The notes under the pieces were generated by a model. That model searched no databases, was not told the DNA's origin, and saw nothing but the letters and a program-made list of their open reading frames with translations. Positions 36,025 to 47,750 of a stretch of DNA of 64,000 nucleotides are shown here, piece after piece. A program made the translations under genes and the position numbers. This stretch comes from Alphaproteobacteria bacterium (GTDB taxonomy: Bacteria > Pseudomonadota > Alphaproteobacteria > Puniceispirillales > Puniceispirillaceae): NCBI GenBank assembly GCA_009920665.1, contig RFZL01000004.1:2776-66775 (forward strand), written 5' to 3'. Numbering within the stretch: position 1 is the first letter of the stretch; the number at the start of each line of letters is the position of its first letter.

Positions 36025-36053
36025 AAACAAGAAGAATTGCCGCACCCCGGCAA
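36025..36053 (-). terminator. rho-independent terminator after zapE, upstream of mdh
   Basis: On the minus strand TTGCCG-GGGTG-CGGCAA (36037-36053) is followed by TTCTTCTTGTTT. A second GCCGGC/GCCGGC hairpin lies at 36058-36077. Confidence 0.55.
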
Positions 36054-36086
36054 CCCTGCCGGCAGCCACTGGCCGGCGGCCGCGAT

Positions 36087-37187
36087 CTATGGCTTGCCAT
36101 GCCGGCGTGTCATTTCCCCAAGCCGTGATCGCGTCCGGTCAAATTCAAAGGCGAAAAGGTGACCGTCATATAGCGTCTCGATCTCGCTGGCGGCCGACGC
36201 AATCAGAAATCGCTGCCGGTCATAGAGCGCATCGACAAGCCACATGAACCGCCGCGCCGACGCCTCGTTCCTGTCCGACAGCGCCGGCACATGATCGATG
36301 ATCAGGCCGGCAAACCGACCGGCGATGGCCAGATAGTCACGCGCCGCCAGCGGCGCCTCGCACAGTGCCGCGAAACTGGCCCGCGCCACATCACCCGCCA
36401 CCCGGTCGAAATGGATCTCGCGCCCGGCGACCCGGATGATGTCACCGGTGATCTCGGCCGTGCCGGCAAGCTGCCGGAAGCTGTCCGCTAGCGCGGCCTC
36501 GGCGCGCTGGTCATCAGGCACATACCAGGCCGGCAGCGAGGCCAGCATGCTGGCACGCCAGTCCTGCCCGGTGGCGATTTCGTGAATCGCGCACCGGGTT
36601 TTCAAAAGCTCGATGAAGGGAAGGAAGCGGTCGCGATGAAGGCCGTTCTTGTAGAGCTCGTCAGCATGCCGGTTCGAGGTCGCGACCACCGTCACGCCGC
36701 GATCGAACAGCGCCGTGAAAAGCCGTGCCAGAATCATCGCATCGGCAATGTCCCGTACCTCCATTTCATCGAAGCACATCACCCGGCCATGCGCCGCCAG
36801 ACTGTCGGCCGCCGCCGCGATCGGATCATCGGCACCAGCTTCGCGGGCGGCATGAACCGCATCCTGTGCCATCACCATAAAATCATGAAAATGCAGACGG
36901 AACGGGCGAATGTCGCCTTGCGACAGGGCAAGCGCGCGATGGAACATGTCCATCAGCATGGTCTTGCCGCGCCCCACCCCGCCATGGATATAGAGCCCGG
37001 TGACCGGTTCCGCGCGCCGCGAAAGGCCAGTAAACCAGCGCCGCTTCGGCGCCTGTTGCAATCTTGCGATCAGATCATCGAGCGCCGTTGCCACGGCCAT
37101 CTGGCCGGCATCATGCGTCAGGTCGCCAGTTTCAGTTCGGGCAGTGAGGGCGGCGCCTACTGTGGCGGGTGCGGCGGTGTCAGCCAT
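36087..37187 (-). CDS. zapE: cell division protein ZapE (AFG1-like ATPase)
   Basis: Walker A GLYIHGGVGRGKTMLMD, Walker B VMCFDEMEV.DI.DAM, and ...TSN..PD.LY..GL.R..FLPFI. Confidence 0.85.
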   Translation of the reverse strand: MADTAAPATVGAALTARTETGDLTHDAGQMAVATALDDLIARLQQAPKRRWFTGLSRRAEPVTGLYIHGGVGRGKTMLMDMFHRALALSQGDIRPFRLHFHDFMVMAQDAVHAAREAGADDPIAAAADSLAAHGRVMCFDEMEVRDIADAMILARLFTALFDRGVTVVATSNRHADELYKNGLHRDRFLPFIELLKTRCAIHEIATGQDWRASMLASLPAWYVPDDQRAEAALADSFRQLAGTAEITGDIIRVAGREIHFDRVAGDVARASFAALCEAPLAARDYLAIAGRFAGLIIDHVPALSDRNEASARRFMWLVDALYDRQRFLIASAASEIETLYDGHLFAFEFDRTRSRLGEMTRRHGKP

Positions 37188-37228
37188 TCATCATTCCGGC
37201 AGCCGGGTCAGGGCGCAGCGCGGTGGCA

Positions 37229-38005
37229 TCACCGGCTGGCGATTTCGCTCTTGATGCTGGCAATGGCCTTGCCCGGATTCAGCCCCTTGGGGCAGGTCTT
37301 CGCGCAGTTCATGATGGTGTGGCAGCGATAGAGTGCAAAGCTGTCATCCAGCGCGTCGAGCCGCTCACCCGTGCGGTCATCACGGCTGTCGGCGACCCAG
37401 CGATAGGCCTGAAGCAGCACCGCCGGCCCCAGATATTCATCACCGTTCCACCAGTAGCTCGGGCAGGCGGTCGAGCAGCTGAAACACAGCACGCATTCCC
37501 ACAGCCCGTCGAGCTTTTCACGCTCGGCCGGCGACTGGCGGCGTTCCTCGCCTGCCGGCGCGTCGGCATCCGCCTTCAGCCAGGGCTCGATCGAGGCCAG
37601 CTGGCGATAGGCATTGCTGAGATCGGGGACCAGATCCTTGACCACCGGCATGTGCGGTAGCGGGAAGATCTTCACATCGCCCTTCACATCCTCGATGCTT
37701 TTCAGGCAGGCCAGCGTGTTGGTGCCGTCGATATTCATCGAGCAGGAGCCGCAGATTCCCTCGCGGCAGGAACGCCGGAAGGTCAGGCTGCTGTCTTGCT
37801 CGCTCTTGATCTTGATCAGCGCGTCGAGAACCATCGGTCCGCATTCGTCGAGATCGATCTCGAATTTGTCGACACGGGGGTTGTCATCATCATCCGGCGA
37901 CCAGCGATAGATCTGGAACACACGAACATTCGATGCGCCCTCGGGGGCCGGATAATGGTCCCCGGCGGTGATCCTGGAATGCGCGGGAAGGGTAAATTCA
38001 GCCAT
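37229..38005 (-). CDS. sdhB: succinate dehydrogenase iron-sulfur subunit
   Basis: [23 protein letters not shown] (2Fe-2S), [17 protein letters not shown] (4Fe-4S), [17 protein letters not shown] (3Fe-4S). The start is chosen at MAEFTLP. Confidence 0.95.
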   Translation of the reverse strand: MAEFTLPAHSRITAGDHYPAPEGASNVRVFQIYRWSPDDDDNPRVDKFEIDLDECGPMVLDALIKIKSEQDSSLTFRRSCREGICGSCSMNIDGTNTLACLKSIEDVKGDVKIFPLPHMPVVKDLVPDLSNAYRQLASIEPWLKADADAPAGEERRQSPAEREKLDGLWECVLCFSCSTACPSYWWNGDEYLGPAVLLQAYRWVADSRDDRTGERLDALDDSFALYRCHTIMNCAKTCPKGLNPGKAIASIKSEIASR

Positions 38006-38083
38006 GATGTCGCCAGCCCCCATACTGCCTTGTTATCAACTGCCTTGCTATCTGCAGCCCGAACGCCCTGTAGAACTTGCCGG

Positions 38084-39874
38084 TCAATAGACGCGCGGTG
38101 CCGGAGGAATCGGCGCCACATCGTTGCTGAGCGTGTTCATCACAACCTTGCGGTAATCGAGACGCGATTCATTATTGTCGTCGAGCCACATGACCGTGTG
38201 TTTCATCCAGTTTTCGTCATCGCGCTCCGGCCAGTCTTCATGCGCGTGCGCGCCGCGTGATTCCTCGCGCTGGTCGGCCGACCGGATGGTGACGAGTGCC
38301 TGACCCATCAGATTTTCCAGCTCCATCGCCTCGATGAGGTCGGTGTTCCAGATCAGCGACTGATCCCTGATCCCGATATCACCCATCTGCGCGGCGACAC
38401 GGTCCATGCTCGAGACGCCGTCGGCAAGGGTATCGGTCGACCGGAACACGGCGGCGTGTTTCTGCATCACCTGCTGCATTTTCAGACGGATCTCGGCCGC
38501 CCCGGTACCGCCCTTGGCGTGACGCATGCGGTCAAACCTCTCCAGCGCCTTGTCGGTCGCCGCCTGCGGCGCTGTGCGGGCGGTGCCGCCCGGTGTGCAG
38601 GTCTCGGCGGCGCGATGCGCGGCGGCGCGTCCGAAGACGACGATGTCGAGCAGTGAATTGGTGCCAAGGCGGTTCGCGCCATGCACGGACACGCAGGCCG
38701 CCTCGCCAATGGCCATCAGGCCCGGCACGATGGCGTTCTCGTCGCCATTCTTCACCGAGATCACCTCGCCGTGATAGTTGGTGGGGATGCCGCCCATATT
38801 GTAATGCACTGTTGGCAGAACGGGGATCGGCTCGCGGGTGACATCGACGCCGCAGAAGATCCGCGCCGTTTCGGTGATCCCCGGAAGCCGCTGATGCAAG
38901 GTATCGGCGTCGATATGCTCCAGATGAAGCATGATGTGGTCCTTGTTCGGACCAACCCCGCGGCCTTCATTGATCTCGATCGTCATCGCCCGGCTGACCA
39001 CATCGCGGCTGGCAAGGTCCTTGGCCGTCGGCGCGAACCGTTCCATGAAACGCTCGCCCTCGGAATTCGTCAGATAACCGCCTTCGCCGCGCGCGCCCTC
39101 GGTGATCAGCACGCCGGCGCCATAGACACCGGTCGGGTGGAACTGCACGAACTCCATATCCTGGAGCGGCAGACCGGCGCGCAGCGCCATCGCATTGCCG
39201 TCGCCGGTGCAGGTATGCGCCGAGGTGCAGGAGAAATAGACGCGCCCGTAGCCACCGGTGGCGAGGACCGTCTGCTGGCCCCAGAACCGGTGCAGCGTGC
39301 CGTCTTCCATGCACAGCGCGATCACGCCGGCGCATTCGCCATCCTCGTTCATCAGCAGATCAAGCGCGAAGAACTCGATATGGAAATGCGCCTTGTGCTT
39401 CAGGCATTGCTGATAGAGCGTGTGCAGGATGGCATGGCCGGTCCGGTCGGCGGCGGCGCAGGCGCGGCGCGCCATCGACTTGCCGTAATCAAGTGTATGG
39501 CCACCAAAGGGCCGCTGATAGATCTTGCCTTCCTCGGTCCGCGAGAAGGGCACACCGTAATTTTCCAGCTCGATCACCGACGGAATCGCGTTGCGGCACA
39601 TATATTCAATGGCGTCCTGGTCACCAAGCCAGTCAGACCCCTTGACGGTGTCATACATGTGGTACTGCCAGTTGTCGCCTTCGCCCATATTGTTCAGCGC
39701 GGCGCCGATGCCGCCCTGCGCCGCGACCGTGTGCGACCGTGTCGGGAACACCTTGGTGATACAGGCCGTGCTCAGCCCCGACGCCGCCATGCCAAGCGTC
39801 GCGCGCAGCCCGGCACCGCCGGCGCCGACAACAACCACATCATAGTGATGATCCGTAATTTCATAAGCCGACAT
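38084..39874 (-). CDS. sdhA: succinate dehydrogenase flavoprotein subunit
   Basis: [14 protein letters not shown]...[12 protein letters not shown] (covalent FAD His)...HPTG...GGIPTN..GE...RLG.NSLLD. Confidence 0.97.
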   Translation of the reverse strand: MSAYEITDHHYDVVVVGAGGAGLRATLGMAASGLSTACITKVFPTRSHTVAAQGGIGAALNNMGEGDNWQYHMYDTVKGSDWLGDQDAIEYMCRNAIPSVIELENYGVPFSRTEEGKIYQRPFGGHTLDYGKSMARRACAAADRTGHAILHTLYQQCLKHKAHFHIEFFALDLLMNEDGECAGVIALCMEDGTLHRFWGQQTVLATGGYGRVYFSCTSAHTCTGDGNAMALRAGLPLQDMEFVQFHPTGVYGAGVLITEGARGEGGYLTNSEGERFMERFAPTAKDLASRDVVSRAMTIEINEGRGVGPNKDHIMLHLEHIDADTLHQRLPGITETARIFCGVDVTREPIPVLPTVHYNMGGIPTNYHGEVISVKNGDENAIVPGLMAIGEAACVSVHGANRLGTNSLLDIVVFGRAAAHRAAETCTPGGTARTAPQAATDKALERFDRMRHAKGGTGAAEIRLKMQQVMQKHAAVFRSTDTLADGVSSMDRVAAQMGDIGIRDQSLIWNTDLIEAMELENLMGQALVTIRSADQREESRGAHAHEDWPERDDENWMKHTVMWLDDNNESRLDYRKVVMNTLSNDVAPIPPAPRVY

Positions 39875-39929
39875 CAGGTCAACCCTTCCTGTCCTTGGTC
39901 AGTTGCCGCGCGCCGTTCACCGGAGGCCA

Positions 39930-40295
39930 TCACAGCGCGACGCTCGCGATGGCCCAGAGACTTGCCATGCCGACCAGCGCCGCCGCCACACGCACAATGC
40001 CGAGAACGACATGGCGGCCACCGGGCACCGAAATATAATCCTCGATCACCACCTGCAAGCCCAGCATGCCGTGCCACAGGCCGATGGTGACAAGCCCGGC
40101 GAGCGCCAGCGCGTTCACCGGATGGCCGACCAGCGCCAGCGCACCGGCATGATCGAGGGCACCGAGGCTTGCCAGCGTGATCACGAAATAGATCATCAGC
40201 AGCAGCACAACAACGGCGCTGTATCGCTGCCAGCGCCAATGCCCCAGTCCCGGGATGCGTCGCCGATACACAATGCCTGCCGGATGATCAGCCAT
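39930..40295 (-). CDS. sdhD: succinate dehydrogenase hydrophobic membrane anchor subunit
   Basis: 121 aa with three TM helices and ...HW..QR.SA......H...G..V.IEDY... It lies between sdhC and sdhA. Confidence 0.85.
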   Translation of the reverse strand: MADHPAGIVYRRRIPGLGHWRWQRYSAVVVLLLMIYFVITLASLGALDHAGALALVGHPVNALALAGLVTIGLWHGMLGLQVVIEDYISVPGGRHVVLGIVRVAAALVGMASLWAIASVAL

Positions 40296-40307
40296 GGCCT
40301 CTCCCCC

Positions 40308-40688
40308 TTAAGCCAGGATGGCAAGCCACAGGCATGCCGTCAGCAGGAACGTCAGGAACAGCACGATATGCCCGCTGCGATACACGTCAGGAATGGTCAG
40401 CCCGAACCCCAGATCCCAGGACAGATGCCTGACGCCATTCATCGCATGGTAGATCAGCGCCACCGAATACCCGAATAGGACAAATTGCCCCAAAGGATGC
40501 GCCACAGCCTTGGCCATCATGGCGAAGGACTCACCGCCAAGCGCCACCGCGACCAGCCATGCCGCCAGCACCAGCGTGCCGGTGGTCAGCGCAACCCCTG
40601 TTGCGCGGTGGGTGATCGACATCATCGACGTCAACTGCGGGCGATAAACCTGCAGATGCGGCGACAACGGACGCTGTCTCGCCATCAC
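40308..40688 (-). CDS. sdhC: succinate dehydrogenase cytochrome b556 subunit
   Basis: RPLSPHLQVYRPQLTSMMSITHR.TGV... is the SdhC N-terminal signature, followed by three TM helices. Confidence 0.9.
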   Translation of the reverse strand: MMARQRPLSPHLQVYRPQLTSMMSITHRATGVALTTGTLVLAAWLVAVALGGESFAMMAKAVAHPLGQFVLFGYSVALIYHAMNGVRHLSWDLGFGLTIPDVYRSGHIVLFLTFLLTACLWLAILA

Positions 40689-40849
40689 GGTCTTCCTGTT
40701 TGAATTAGCACCTTCCCAAGAGTTTTAGGGTGTCATGCCGACAATAGTCAATGCGAAAGCACGCCGCATATTGACGCTGCCCGGCCGTGGCGCGGGGGCG
40801 GCACAAGATTTCATTTGCCTAATCGAAAAATTCCGAGGACAACTCCCGG

Positions 40850-41680
40850 GTGATGAAGAATGTGCTGTCTATTCACTCCTCGGTCACTGTCGGCTTTGTC
40901 GGCAACAATGTCGTTGGTCCGGTTCTGACCGCTCTTGACCTCGCGCCGCTGCTTGTTCCCACGGTCATGCTGGCGGCACATCCGGGCTATGGGCGCCGGG
41001 TGGGCGATGCCGTGCCAGATCATATTGTCGGGGATGTCCTTGCCGGTCTTGGCGAGATGACCGAGATCGGGCAGATCGCGGCTGTGGTCTCCGGCTATCT
41101 GGGTTCGGTCGGGCAGACCGACGCCATCGCCGGATTCATCGATGCCTGGCGCACCGCCAGCACCGGCAGCTATATTCTCGACCCGGTCCTTGGCGACAGG
41201 GGGCGGCTCTATCTGTCCGAAGAACTGGCACAGGCGATGATCGAGAGGTTGCTGCCCCGCGCCGACATCATCACCCCGAACATGTTCGAGCTTGGCTTTC
41301 TGACCGGGATGCCGGTGTCTTGCCTCGCCACGGCAGAACCCGCCGCGCGGCAGCTGGTGACAACACACAGGCTGCAGGCCGTCATCGCCACCGGCATTGA
41401 TAACGGGCCGGCCGGTGTCGGCGATCTGCTGGTGCCACGGTCAGGCGACAGCCTCTGGCGCGCGGCCGGCAGCAACGGGCATAATGTGGCTGGCGGCGGC
41501 GATTTGCTGACCGCCATTCTGGCCGGCCAACTGGCACGGGGCGTGACGCTTGAACCGGCCTTTGAGACAGCCAGCCGGACCACGCAGGAAATCATTGCAG
41601 CAAGCGCCTCGCCGCGCGATCTGGCATTGCTTGAGTATCTCGGCCATGTGGCCGCACTGACGGACCGGACACAAAGCTGA
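40850..41680 (+). CDS. pdxY: pyridoxal/pyridoxamine kinase
   Basis: The N-terminus MMKNVLSIHSSVTVGFVGN parallels E. coli PdxY (MMKNILAIQSHVVYGHAGN), then ...SGYLGS......DPV.GD......PN.FEL..L.G...GGGDLL. Confidence 0.8.
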   Translation: MMKNVLSIHSSVTVGFVGNNVVGPVLTALDLAPLLVPTVMLAAHPGYGRRVGDAVPDHIVGDVLAGLGEMTEIGQIAAVVSGYLGSVGQTDAIAGFIDAWRTASTGSYILDPVLGDRGRLYLSEELAQAMIERLLPRADIITPNMFELGFLTGMPVSCLATAEPAARQLVTTHRLQAVIATGIDNGPAGVGDLLVPRSGDSLWRAAGSNGHNVAGGGDLLTAILAGQLARGVTLEPAFETASRTTQEIIAASASPRDLALLEYLGHVAALTDRTQS

Positions 41681-41704
41681 CGGCCAGACCCTGACGAAAC
41701 GCCC

Positions 41705-42739
41705 CTAACGACCAGACAGGCCGCGTTCGGCAACAAGCTCGGCGATCTGCACCGAATTCAGCGCCGCGCCCTTGCGCAGATTGTCCGACACGCACCAGAA
41801 CACCATGCCGTTCTCGACCGTCGGGTCCTTGCGAATCCGGCTGATGAAGACGGCATCCTCGCCGGCGGCTTCATGCGGCGTGACATACCCTTCATCGGCA
41901 CGGTGATCGATCACCGAGATCCCCGGCGATTCGCGCAGCAGTTCGCGAACGCCCGATTCGGTCATCGGTTTGTCGGTTTCGATGAAAACCGCCTCGCTAT
42001 GGCCAATGAAGACCGGGATGCGGACGCAATGCGCCACCAGCTCGATCGCTGGGTCGAGAATCTTCTTTGTCTCGGCGGTCATCTTCCATTCTTCCTTGGT
42101 GAAACCGTCATCAAGAAAGACATCAATATGCGGAATGGCGTTGAAGGCAATCTGCTTGGTGAAATTCTCCGGGCGTACCGGGTCATTCACATAGATGCCG
42201 CGGGTCTGGTTGAACAGCTCGTCCATGGCCGGCTTGCCGGCCCCCGACACCGCCTGATAGGTCGAGACAACGACCCGCCTGACACCAAAGCTCTCATGAA
42301 GCGGCTTCAGCGCGACGACAAGCTGCGCCGTCGAACAATTCGGGTTGGCGATGATGTTGCGCCCGCCATTGCCGCGCAGCGCCGAATCGACGCTGTCTGC
42401 ATTCACTTCCGGCACGATCAGCGGCACGTCCTCATCCATGCGGAAGGCCGAGGAGTTGTCGATGACGAGACAGCCTGCCTCACCGGCGCGCGGCGCGACC
42501 TCCTTGGCCGTGGCGCCACCGGCCGAGAACAGCGCGATATCGGCCTCGCCGAAATCGAACTTGTCCAGCGCGGTCACCGTCAGCACCTCATCCTCGCCGA
42601 ACGACACCTCGCGCCCGGCCGAGCGCGACGATGCCAGCGCATGCATCTTGTCGACCGGGAAGTTGCGCTCGGCAAGCGTCTGCAGCATTTCGCGTCCGAC
42701 GGCACCGGTGGCGCCGACAACAGCTACTCGATATCCCAT
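41705..42739 (-). CDS. asd: aspartate-semialdehyde dehydrogenase
   Basis: VAVVGATGAVG......ANPNCST (active-site Cys)...R.PV..GHS......DNL.KGAA.N.VQIAE. Confidence 0.95.
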   Translation of the reverse strand: MGYRVAVVGATGAVGREMLQTLAERNFPVDKMHALASSRSAGREVSFGEDEVLTVTALDKFDFGEADIALFSAGGATAKEVAPRAGEAGCLVIDNSSAFRMDEDVPLIVPEVNADSVDSALRGNGGRNIIANPNCSTAQLVVALKPLHESFGVRRVVVSTYQAVSGAGKPAMDELFNQTRGIYVNDPVRPENFTKQIAFNAIPHIDVFLDDGFTKEEWKMTAETKKILDPAIELVAHCVRIPVFIGHSEAVFIETDKPMTESGVRELLRESPGISVIDHRADEGYVTPHEAAGEDAVFISRIRKDPTVENGMVFWCVSDNLRKGAALNSVQIAELVAERGLSGR

Positions 42740-42807
42740 GTCATCCTCGTCTTCATGACCCCGAACATTATGCCGGGTGTTAATATGATCCTGCCTTGCC
42801 GAGGCGT

Positions 42808-43929
42808 TTAGCGCGCCAGCCGGTCCAACGCGTCGATCACCGCATCGGTCATGCCGTCGGTGCCGGTCTGCGTGCAGCCGGGCGTCATGATGTCACCGGT
42901 GCGGCTGGTGGCCAGCGCCTTGTCGACGGCCGCCTCGAGAAGGTCCGCCTCGGCGCCCTGGTCGAAACTGTAGCGAAGCAGCATCGCAAAGCTCATGAAC
43001 TGCGCGAGCGGGTTGGCGACGCCCTGACCGGCGATATCCGGGGCCGAGCCGTGGACCGGTTCATACATCGCCTTCGGCAGGCCGGTTTCCGGGTCGGGCG
43101 CGCCAAGCGATGCCGATGGCAGCATGCCAAGCGAGCCGGTCAGCATCGCCGCGCAATCCGACAACAGATCGCCGAACAGATTGTCAGTGACAATCACGTC
43201 GAACTGCTTCGGGTTGCGAACAAGCTGCATGGCGCAATTGTCAGCATACATGTGACCAAGCTCGATGCCGTCACCCTCGGCGGCATGCAACGCGGTCATC
43301 ACCTCGCGCCAGAGAACGCCGGAATGCATGACATTGGCCTTCTCGACCGAGGTCAGCTTGCCATTGCGCTTGCGCGCCAGATCCATGCCGACACGGCCGA
43401 TCCGCTCGATCTCGGGCGTGGTGTAGGCGTTGGTGTCGAACCCGCGGCGCGTGCCGTCGGGCAAATCCTCGATCCCGCGCGGCTCGGCGAAATAGGACCC
43501 GCCGCACAGCTCACGCAGAATCATGATATCGAGCCCGGACACCACGTCGGGCTTCAGCGTCGACGCCTCGACAAGCGACGGGAAGACGATCGCCGGCCGC
43601 AAATTGGCGAACAGGTCCATCTCCTTGCGAAGCCGCAGCAGGCCGCGTTCCGGCTTCAGATCGAACGCCAGATCATCATATTGCGGTCCGCCGACAGCGC
43701 CGAACAGCACCGCGTCGGCGGCCATCGAATCGGCAAGCGTCTCGTCGGTCAGCGGCGTGCCATGCGCGTCATAGGCGGCACCGCCGACAAGGCCTTCCTG
43801 TATGTCGAAGCTGATCGATTTGTGCTTTGCCAGCCAATCGATGATCCGCATGTTGGCCTGCATGATTTCGGTGCCGATGCCATCACCAGGCAGCACCATG
43901 ATCTTTCGGTTCGACGCCATTTCGCCCAT
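42808..43929 (-). CDS. leuB: 3-isopropylmalate dehydrogenase
   Basis: [11 protein letters not shown]......RELCGG.YF...NLFGD.LSD.AAMLTGS.GMLPSAS......[18 protein letters not shown]. Confidence 0.95.
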   Translation of the reverse strand: MGEMASNRKIMVLPGDGIGTEIMQANMRIIDWLAKHKSISFDIQEGLVGGAAYDAHGTPLTDETLADSMAADAVLFGAVGGPQYDDLAFDLKPERGLLRLRKEMDLFANLRPAIVFPSLVEASTLKPDVVSGLDIMILRELCGGSYFAEPRGIEDLPDGTRRGFDTNAYTTPEIERIGRVGMDLARKRNGKLTSVEKANVMHSGVLWREVMTALHAAEGDGIELGHMYADNCAMQLVRNPKQFDVIVTDNLFGDLLSDCAAMLTGSLGMLPSASLGAPDPETGLPKAMYEPVHGSAPDIAGQGVANPLAQFMSFAMLLRYSFDQGAEADLLEAAVDKALATSRTGDIMTPGCTQTGTDGMTDAVIDALDRLAR

Positions 43930-43962
43930 CCTTGCCTTGATATTATTATTGCGCGCGCCGCC

Positions 43963-44568
43963 TCAGAGCCAGGGCTTGTCGTCGGCGCGGGCCGCCTCGA
44001 AACTGTCGATCGAGCCGCCCTTTTCCATCGTCAGTCCGATATCATCGAGACCCTCCAGAAGACATTTCCGGCGGAATGGATCAATCTCGAAGGAAATCTC
44101 GACACCGTTCGGACGTTTGATCTTCTGCGCCACGAGATCGACTGACAATTCCGGATTCTCGGTGTCCTGCGCATCGGCCATCAGCGCGTCGCGTTCATCG
44201 GCGGTGACGATGATTGGCAGGATGCCGTTCTTGAAGCAGTTATTGTAGAAAATGTCGGCAAAGCTGGTCGAGATCACACAGCGAATGCCGTAATCAAGAA
44301 GCGCCCAGGGGGCGTGCTCACGGCTCGACCCGCAACCGAAATTGTCACCGGCAACGATAATCTGCGACTCGCGATACGGCGCCCGGTTCAGCACGAAATC
44401 GGGGATCTCGGCACCGTCCTTGGTGAACCGCATCTCGTCAAACAGATTGGCCCCGAGGCCGGACCGCTTGATCGTTTTCAGGAACTGCTTGGGGATGATC
44501 ATGTCGGTGTCGACATTCAGGATGTTCAGCGGCGCGGCAATGCCGGTCAGCTTGTCGAATTTCTGCAT
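43963..44568 (-). CDS. leuD: 3-isopropylmalate dehydratase small subunit
   Basis: F..LTG.A.PL...[21 protein letters not shown]...[18 protein letters not shown]. Confidence 0.95.
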   Translation of the reverse strand: MQKFDKLTGIAAPLNILNVDTDMIIPKQFLKTIKRSGLGANLFDEMRFTKDGAEIPDFVLNRAPYRESQIIVAGDNFGCGSSREHAPWALLDYGIRCVISTSFADIFYNNCFKNGILPIIVTADERDALMADAQDTENPELSVDLVAQKIKRPNGVEISFEIDPFRRKCLLEGLDDIGLTMEKGGSIDSFEAARADDKPWL

Positions 44569-44584
44569 CTCTCGTCTCCCCGTG

Positions 44585-45994
44585 CTAGCCCTGCATATCC
44601 CTGATATCGGTCAGATATCCGGTGATCGCGGCGGCTGTTGCCATTTCCGGGCTGACCAGATGGGTGCGTCCGCCGCGTCCCTGCCGCCCTTCGAAATTGC
44701 GGTTCGAGGTCGAGGCGCAACGCTCACCCTCGGACAGCTTGTCGGCATTCATCGCAAGGCACATCGAACATCCCGGCTCACGCCATTCGAACCCGGCCGC
44801 GGTGAAGACCGCGTCCAGCCCCTCGGCCTCGGCCTGTTCCTTGACAAGGCCCGAGCCGGGAACAACCATCGCGCGGATTCCCTCGGCAACCTGCCGGCCC
44901 GAGGCCACCGAAGCAGCGGCACGAAGATCCTCGATCCGGCTGTTCGTGCAGGATCCGATGAACACCGTGTCGATCTTCACATCGGTCAGCTTCTGACCCG
45001 GGGCAAGCCCCATATAATCGATCGCGCGCTGCAGCTTCGCCCGCTTGATCTCGTCCTTTTCCTTGTCCGGATCGGGTACGGCACCGGTAATCGGCAACGC
45101 ATCCTCGGGCGAGGTACCCCAGGTCACCGTCGGCGCGATCTCGGCAGCCGGCAGAACGATTTCGGTGTCATAGCTTGCGCCCTCGTCGGATGGCAGCGAG
45201 CGCCAATAGGCGACGGCCTTCTCCCACATCTCGCCCTTCGGTGCCATCGGCTTGTCGGCAAGATAGGCGAAGGTCTTTTCGTCCGGCGCGATCATGCCGG
45301 CGCGGGCGCCACCCTCGATGGCCATGTTGCAGACCGTCATGCGGCCTTCCATCGACAGCTCACGAATGGCCGAGCCGGCGAATTCGATAACATGGCCGGT
45401 GCCGCCGGCGGTACCGATCTTGCCGATGATCGCCAGAATGACATCCTTCGCCGTGACTCCCGGCGCCAGATCGCCATCGACGGTGATGCGCATGTTCTTT
45501 GCCGGCTTCTGGATCAGCGTCTGCGTCGCCAGCACATGCTCGACCTCCGAGGTGCCGATGCCGAAAGCCAGCGCCCCGAAGGCGCCATGCGTCGCAGTGT
45601 GCGAATCACCACAGACGATTGTCATGCCCGGCTGGGTGAAACCCTGTTCCGGACCGATGACATGCACAATGCCCTGGCGCACGTCATCCATGGCGAAATA
45701 GGGAACGCCGAAATCGGCGGCATTGGTGGCCAGCGCCTCGACCTGGATGCGCGATTCCTCATCCTCGATGCCGACCGAACGGTCGGTCGTCGGGACATTG
45801 TGATCGGCCACGGCCAGCGTGCGGTTCGGTGCCCGCACCTTGCGGCCGGCATTGCGCAGACCTTCAAACGCCTGCGGGCTTGTCACCTCGTGAACAAGGT
45901 GCCGGTCGATATAGATCAGGCAGGTGCCATCATCCTGGCGATGCACGACATGGGCATCCCAGATTTTATCAAACAGGGTCTTTGGCGCCGACAT
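44585..45994 (-). CDS. leuC: 3-isopropylmalate dehydratase large subunit
   Basis: [13 protein letters not shown]......[14 protein letters not shown]...[25 protein letters not shown]...[13 protein letters not shown]...[11 protein letters not shown] at 45994 has GGAGGA 4 nt upstream. Confidence 0.95.
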   Translation of the reverse strand: MSAPKTLFDKIWDAHVVHRQDDGTCLIYIDRHLVHEVTSPQAFEGLRNAGRKVRAPNRTLAVADHNVPTTDRSVGIEDEESRIQVEALATNAADFGVPYFAMDDVRQGIVHVIGPEQGFTQPGMTIVCGDSHTATHGAFGALAFGIGTSEVEHVLATQTLIQKPAKNMRITVDGDLAPGVTAKDVILAIIGKIGTAGGTGHVIEFAGSAIRELSMEGRMTVCNMAIEGGARAGMIAPDEKTFAYLADKPMAPKGEMWEKAVAYWRSLPSDEGASYDTEIVLPAAEIAPTVTWGTSPEDALPITGAVPDPDKEKDEIKRAKLQRAIDYMGLAPGQKLTDVKIDTVFIGSCTNSRIEDLRAAASVASGRQVAEGIRAMVVPGSGLVKEQAEAEGLDAVFTAAGFEWREPGCSMCLAMNADKLSEGERCASTSNRNFEGRQGRGGRTHLVSPEMATAAAITGYLTDIRDMQG

Positions 45995-46047
45995 GAGGTC
46001 CTCCATAAGGCTGCCGGCGAGGTCATCTTCCTGGCCGGACGTCGCCG

Positions 46048-46428
46048 TCAGGAGGAGGACGCCTCGCGGGTTGTTGTTTTCTCGGCAATACGGGCGGCCT
46101 TGCCGGTCCGGCCACGAAGATAATACAGCTTCGCGCGGCGAACGCGGCCACGGCGGACAACCGTCACGCCTGCCACCTGCGGTCCATAGAGCGGGAAGAC
46201 GCGCTCGACGCCTTCGCCATAGGACAGCTTACGAACGGTGAAGGATGAATTCACACCGTCATTCTTGCGGGCGATGCACACACCTTCAAATGCCTGGACG
46301 CGTTCACGCGATCCCTCGACGACCTTGACGTCGACGCGAACCGTGTCGCCGGCGCCGAATTCCGGGATGGTGCGCTGTGCCAGCACCTTTTCCATCTGCT
46401 TCTTGCCAATGCGGTCAACGATATTCAT
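46048..46428 (-). CDS. rplS: 50S ribosomal protein L19
   Basis: [13 protein letters not shown]......PEF..GDTV.V.VKV.EG.RERVQ.FEGV.IA+.......FTVRK.S.G.GVER.FPL. The track ORF's N-terminal extension is not supported. Confidence 0.93.
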   Translation of the reverse strand: MNIVDRIGKKQMEKVLAQRTIPEFGAGDTVRVDVKVVEGSRERVQAFEGVCIARKNDGVNSSFTVRKLSYGEGVERVFPLYGPQVAGVTVVRRGRVRRAKLYYLRGRTGKAARIAEKTTTREASSS

Positions 46429-46432
46429 CGCC

Positions 46433-47158
46433 CTATTCCTTCGCTTCGTTTTCCTGTGCCTGCGCCCGCAGGTACCTTTCCCATAAATCCGGTCGGCGCT
46501 TGCGCGTCTCCCGCCTGGCCTCCCCGGCACGCCATTCGGCGATCCTGCCATGATGGCCCGACGCCAGTATTTCCGGCGCCTCAATCCCGTTCCAGTTCCG
46601 CGGGTGTGTGTAGAGCGACGGCTCCAGCAACCCGGTCTCGAAACTTTCTTCGTGGTGGCTCGCCTCCTTGCCGATCACGCCCGGCAACAGCCTCACCACC
46701 GAATCCATTATCGTCAGCGCCGCGACCTCGCCCCCCGAAAGGATAAAGTCACCGATGCTGACCTCCATCATCCCGGCCAAGTCGATGACCCGCTGGTCAA
46801 CGCCTTCATACCGTCCGCACAGGAACACCGCGCCATCGGCAGCGGCGAGTTCACGCACAAGCGGCTGGTCCAGAACCCGTCCACGCGGCGTCAGATAGAT
46901 CCGCGGGCCGGGGGCGTCGGCAACATGGTCAAGCGCCGCCGCCACGACATCCGGCTTCAACACCATCCCGACACCACCGCCAAGCGGCACGTCGTCGACA
47001 GTTCGGTGCTTATCGCGCGCAAACTGCCGAATGTCCAGCGTTTTCAGCGCCCAGATGCCCTCCTTCAGCGATTTCCCGGCCAGCGACTCACCAAGCGGCC
47101 CGGGGAACATCCCCGGAAACAGCGTCAGCACCGTCGCCTGCCAGGCCTGCTCAGCCAT
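46433..47158 (-). CDS. trmD: tRNA (guanine37-N1)-methyltransferase
   Basis: [18 protein letters not shown]......R.FA.DKHR.VDD.P.GGG.GMVLKPD...YEG.DQRV......E.SIGDF.LSGGE.AAL. ATG at 47158 has GGAG upstream. Confidence 0.92.
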   Translation of the reverse strand: MAEQAWQATVLTLFPGMFPGPLGESLAGKSLKEGIWALKTLDIRQFARDKHRTVDDVPLGGGVGMVLKPDVVAAALDHVADAPGPRIYLTPRGRVLDQPLVRELAAADGAVFLCGRYEGVDQRVIDLAGMMEVSIGDFILSGGEVAALTIMDSVVRLLPGVIGKEASHHEESFETGLLEPSLYTHPRNWNGIEAPEILASGHHGRIAEWRAGEARRETRKRRPDLWERYLRAQAQENEAKE

Positions 47159-47750
47159 CTGTATCACTCCGCCTGCCGGCACCCCGGCCTGCCAGTGCCC
47201 TGTCATCGGCCGGTGCCCTGTCCTCTGCCGGTGCTATGCCATCTGTCAGGTCCAGCAATCCGTCGGGAGGCGCCACCACCAAACGCCGCGCCGCCAGGTC
47301 GATATCCGGCACGAACTCCGCATCGAACGGCAGCATCAGCGTCGGCCCCTTTGCCGGCCTGACCTCGGCAATCTCGCCGGCACCGAAATCATGAAGCGCC
47401 ACCAGCGTTCCCAGCATCTCGCCACCAACCGTCTCCACAGCAAGCCCGATCAGGTCGGCATGGTAGATCTCATCACTGTCTGCCTCGGGAAGGGCCGTGC
47501 GCTCAACCTCCAGTTCAGTGCCGCGAAGCGCCGCAGCACTGTCACGGTCGCTGATCTCGGCCGCCTTGACGATGACCATGCCGGCCCCGGTCATGCCCAT
47601 GATGGACAGGCTCAGCTGACGCTCGCCGGCCCAGACCGGACCGTAGGCCGCAATGTCACGCGGCGCGGCGGTGAAGGGTTTCACCTTGAACTGGCCCTTC
47701 ACCCCATGCGCGCCGGCAACCGCGCCGATCGCCAGACGGCCCGAGCTCAT
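47151..47750 (-). CDS. rimM: 16S rRNA processing protein RimM
   Basis: ..IG...GAHGVKG..KV...T..P.........[11 protein letters not shown]....G..LG.......GAG...EV is the PRC barrel. It overlaps trmD by 8 nt and the rpsP stop by ATGA. Confidence 0.88.
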   Translation of the reverse strand: MSSGRLAIGAVAGAHGVKGQFKVKPFTAAPRDIAAYGPVWAGERQLSLSIMGMTGAGMVIVKAAEISDRDSAAALRGTELEVERTALPEADSDEIYHADLIGLAVETVGGEMLGTLVALHDFGAGEIAEVRPAKGPTLMLPFDAEFVPDIDLAARRLVVAPPDGLLDLTDGIAPAEDRAPADDRALAGRGAGRRSDTDG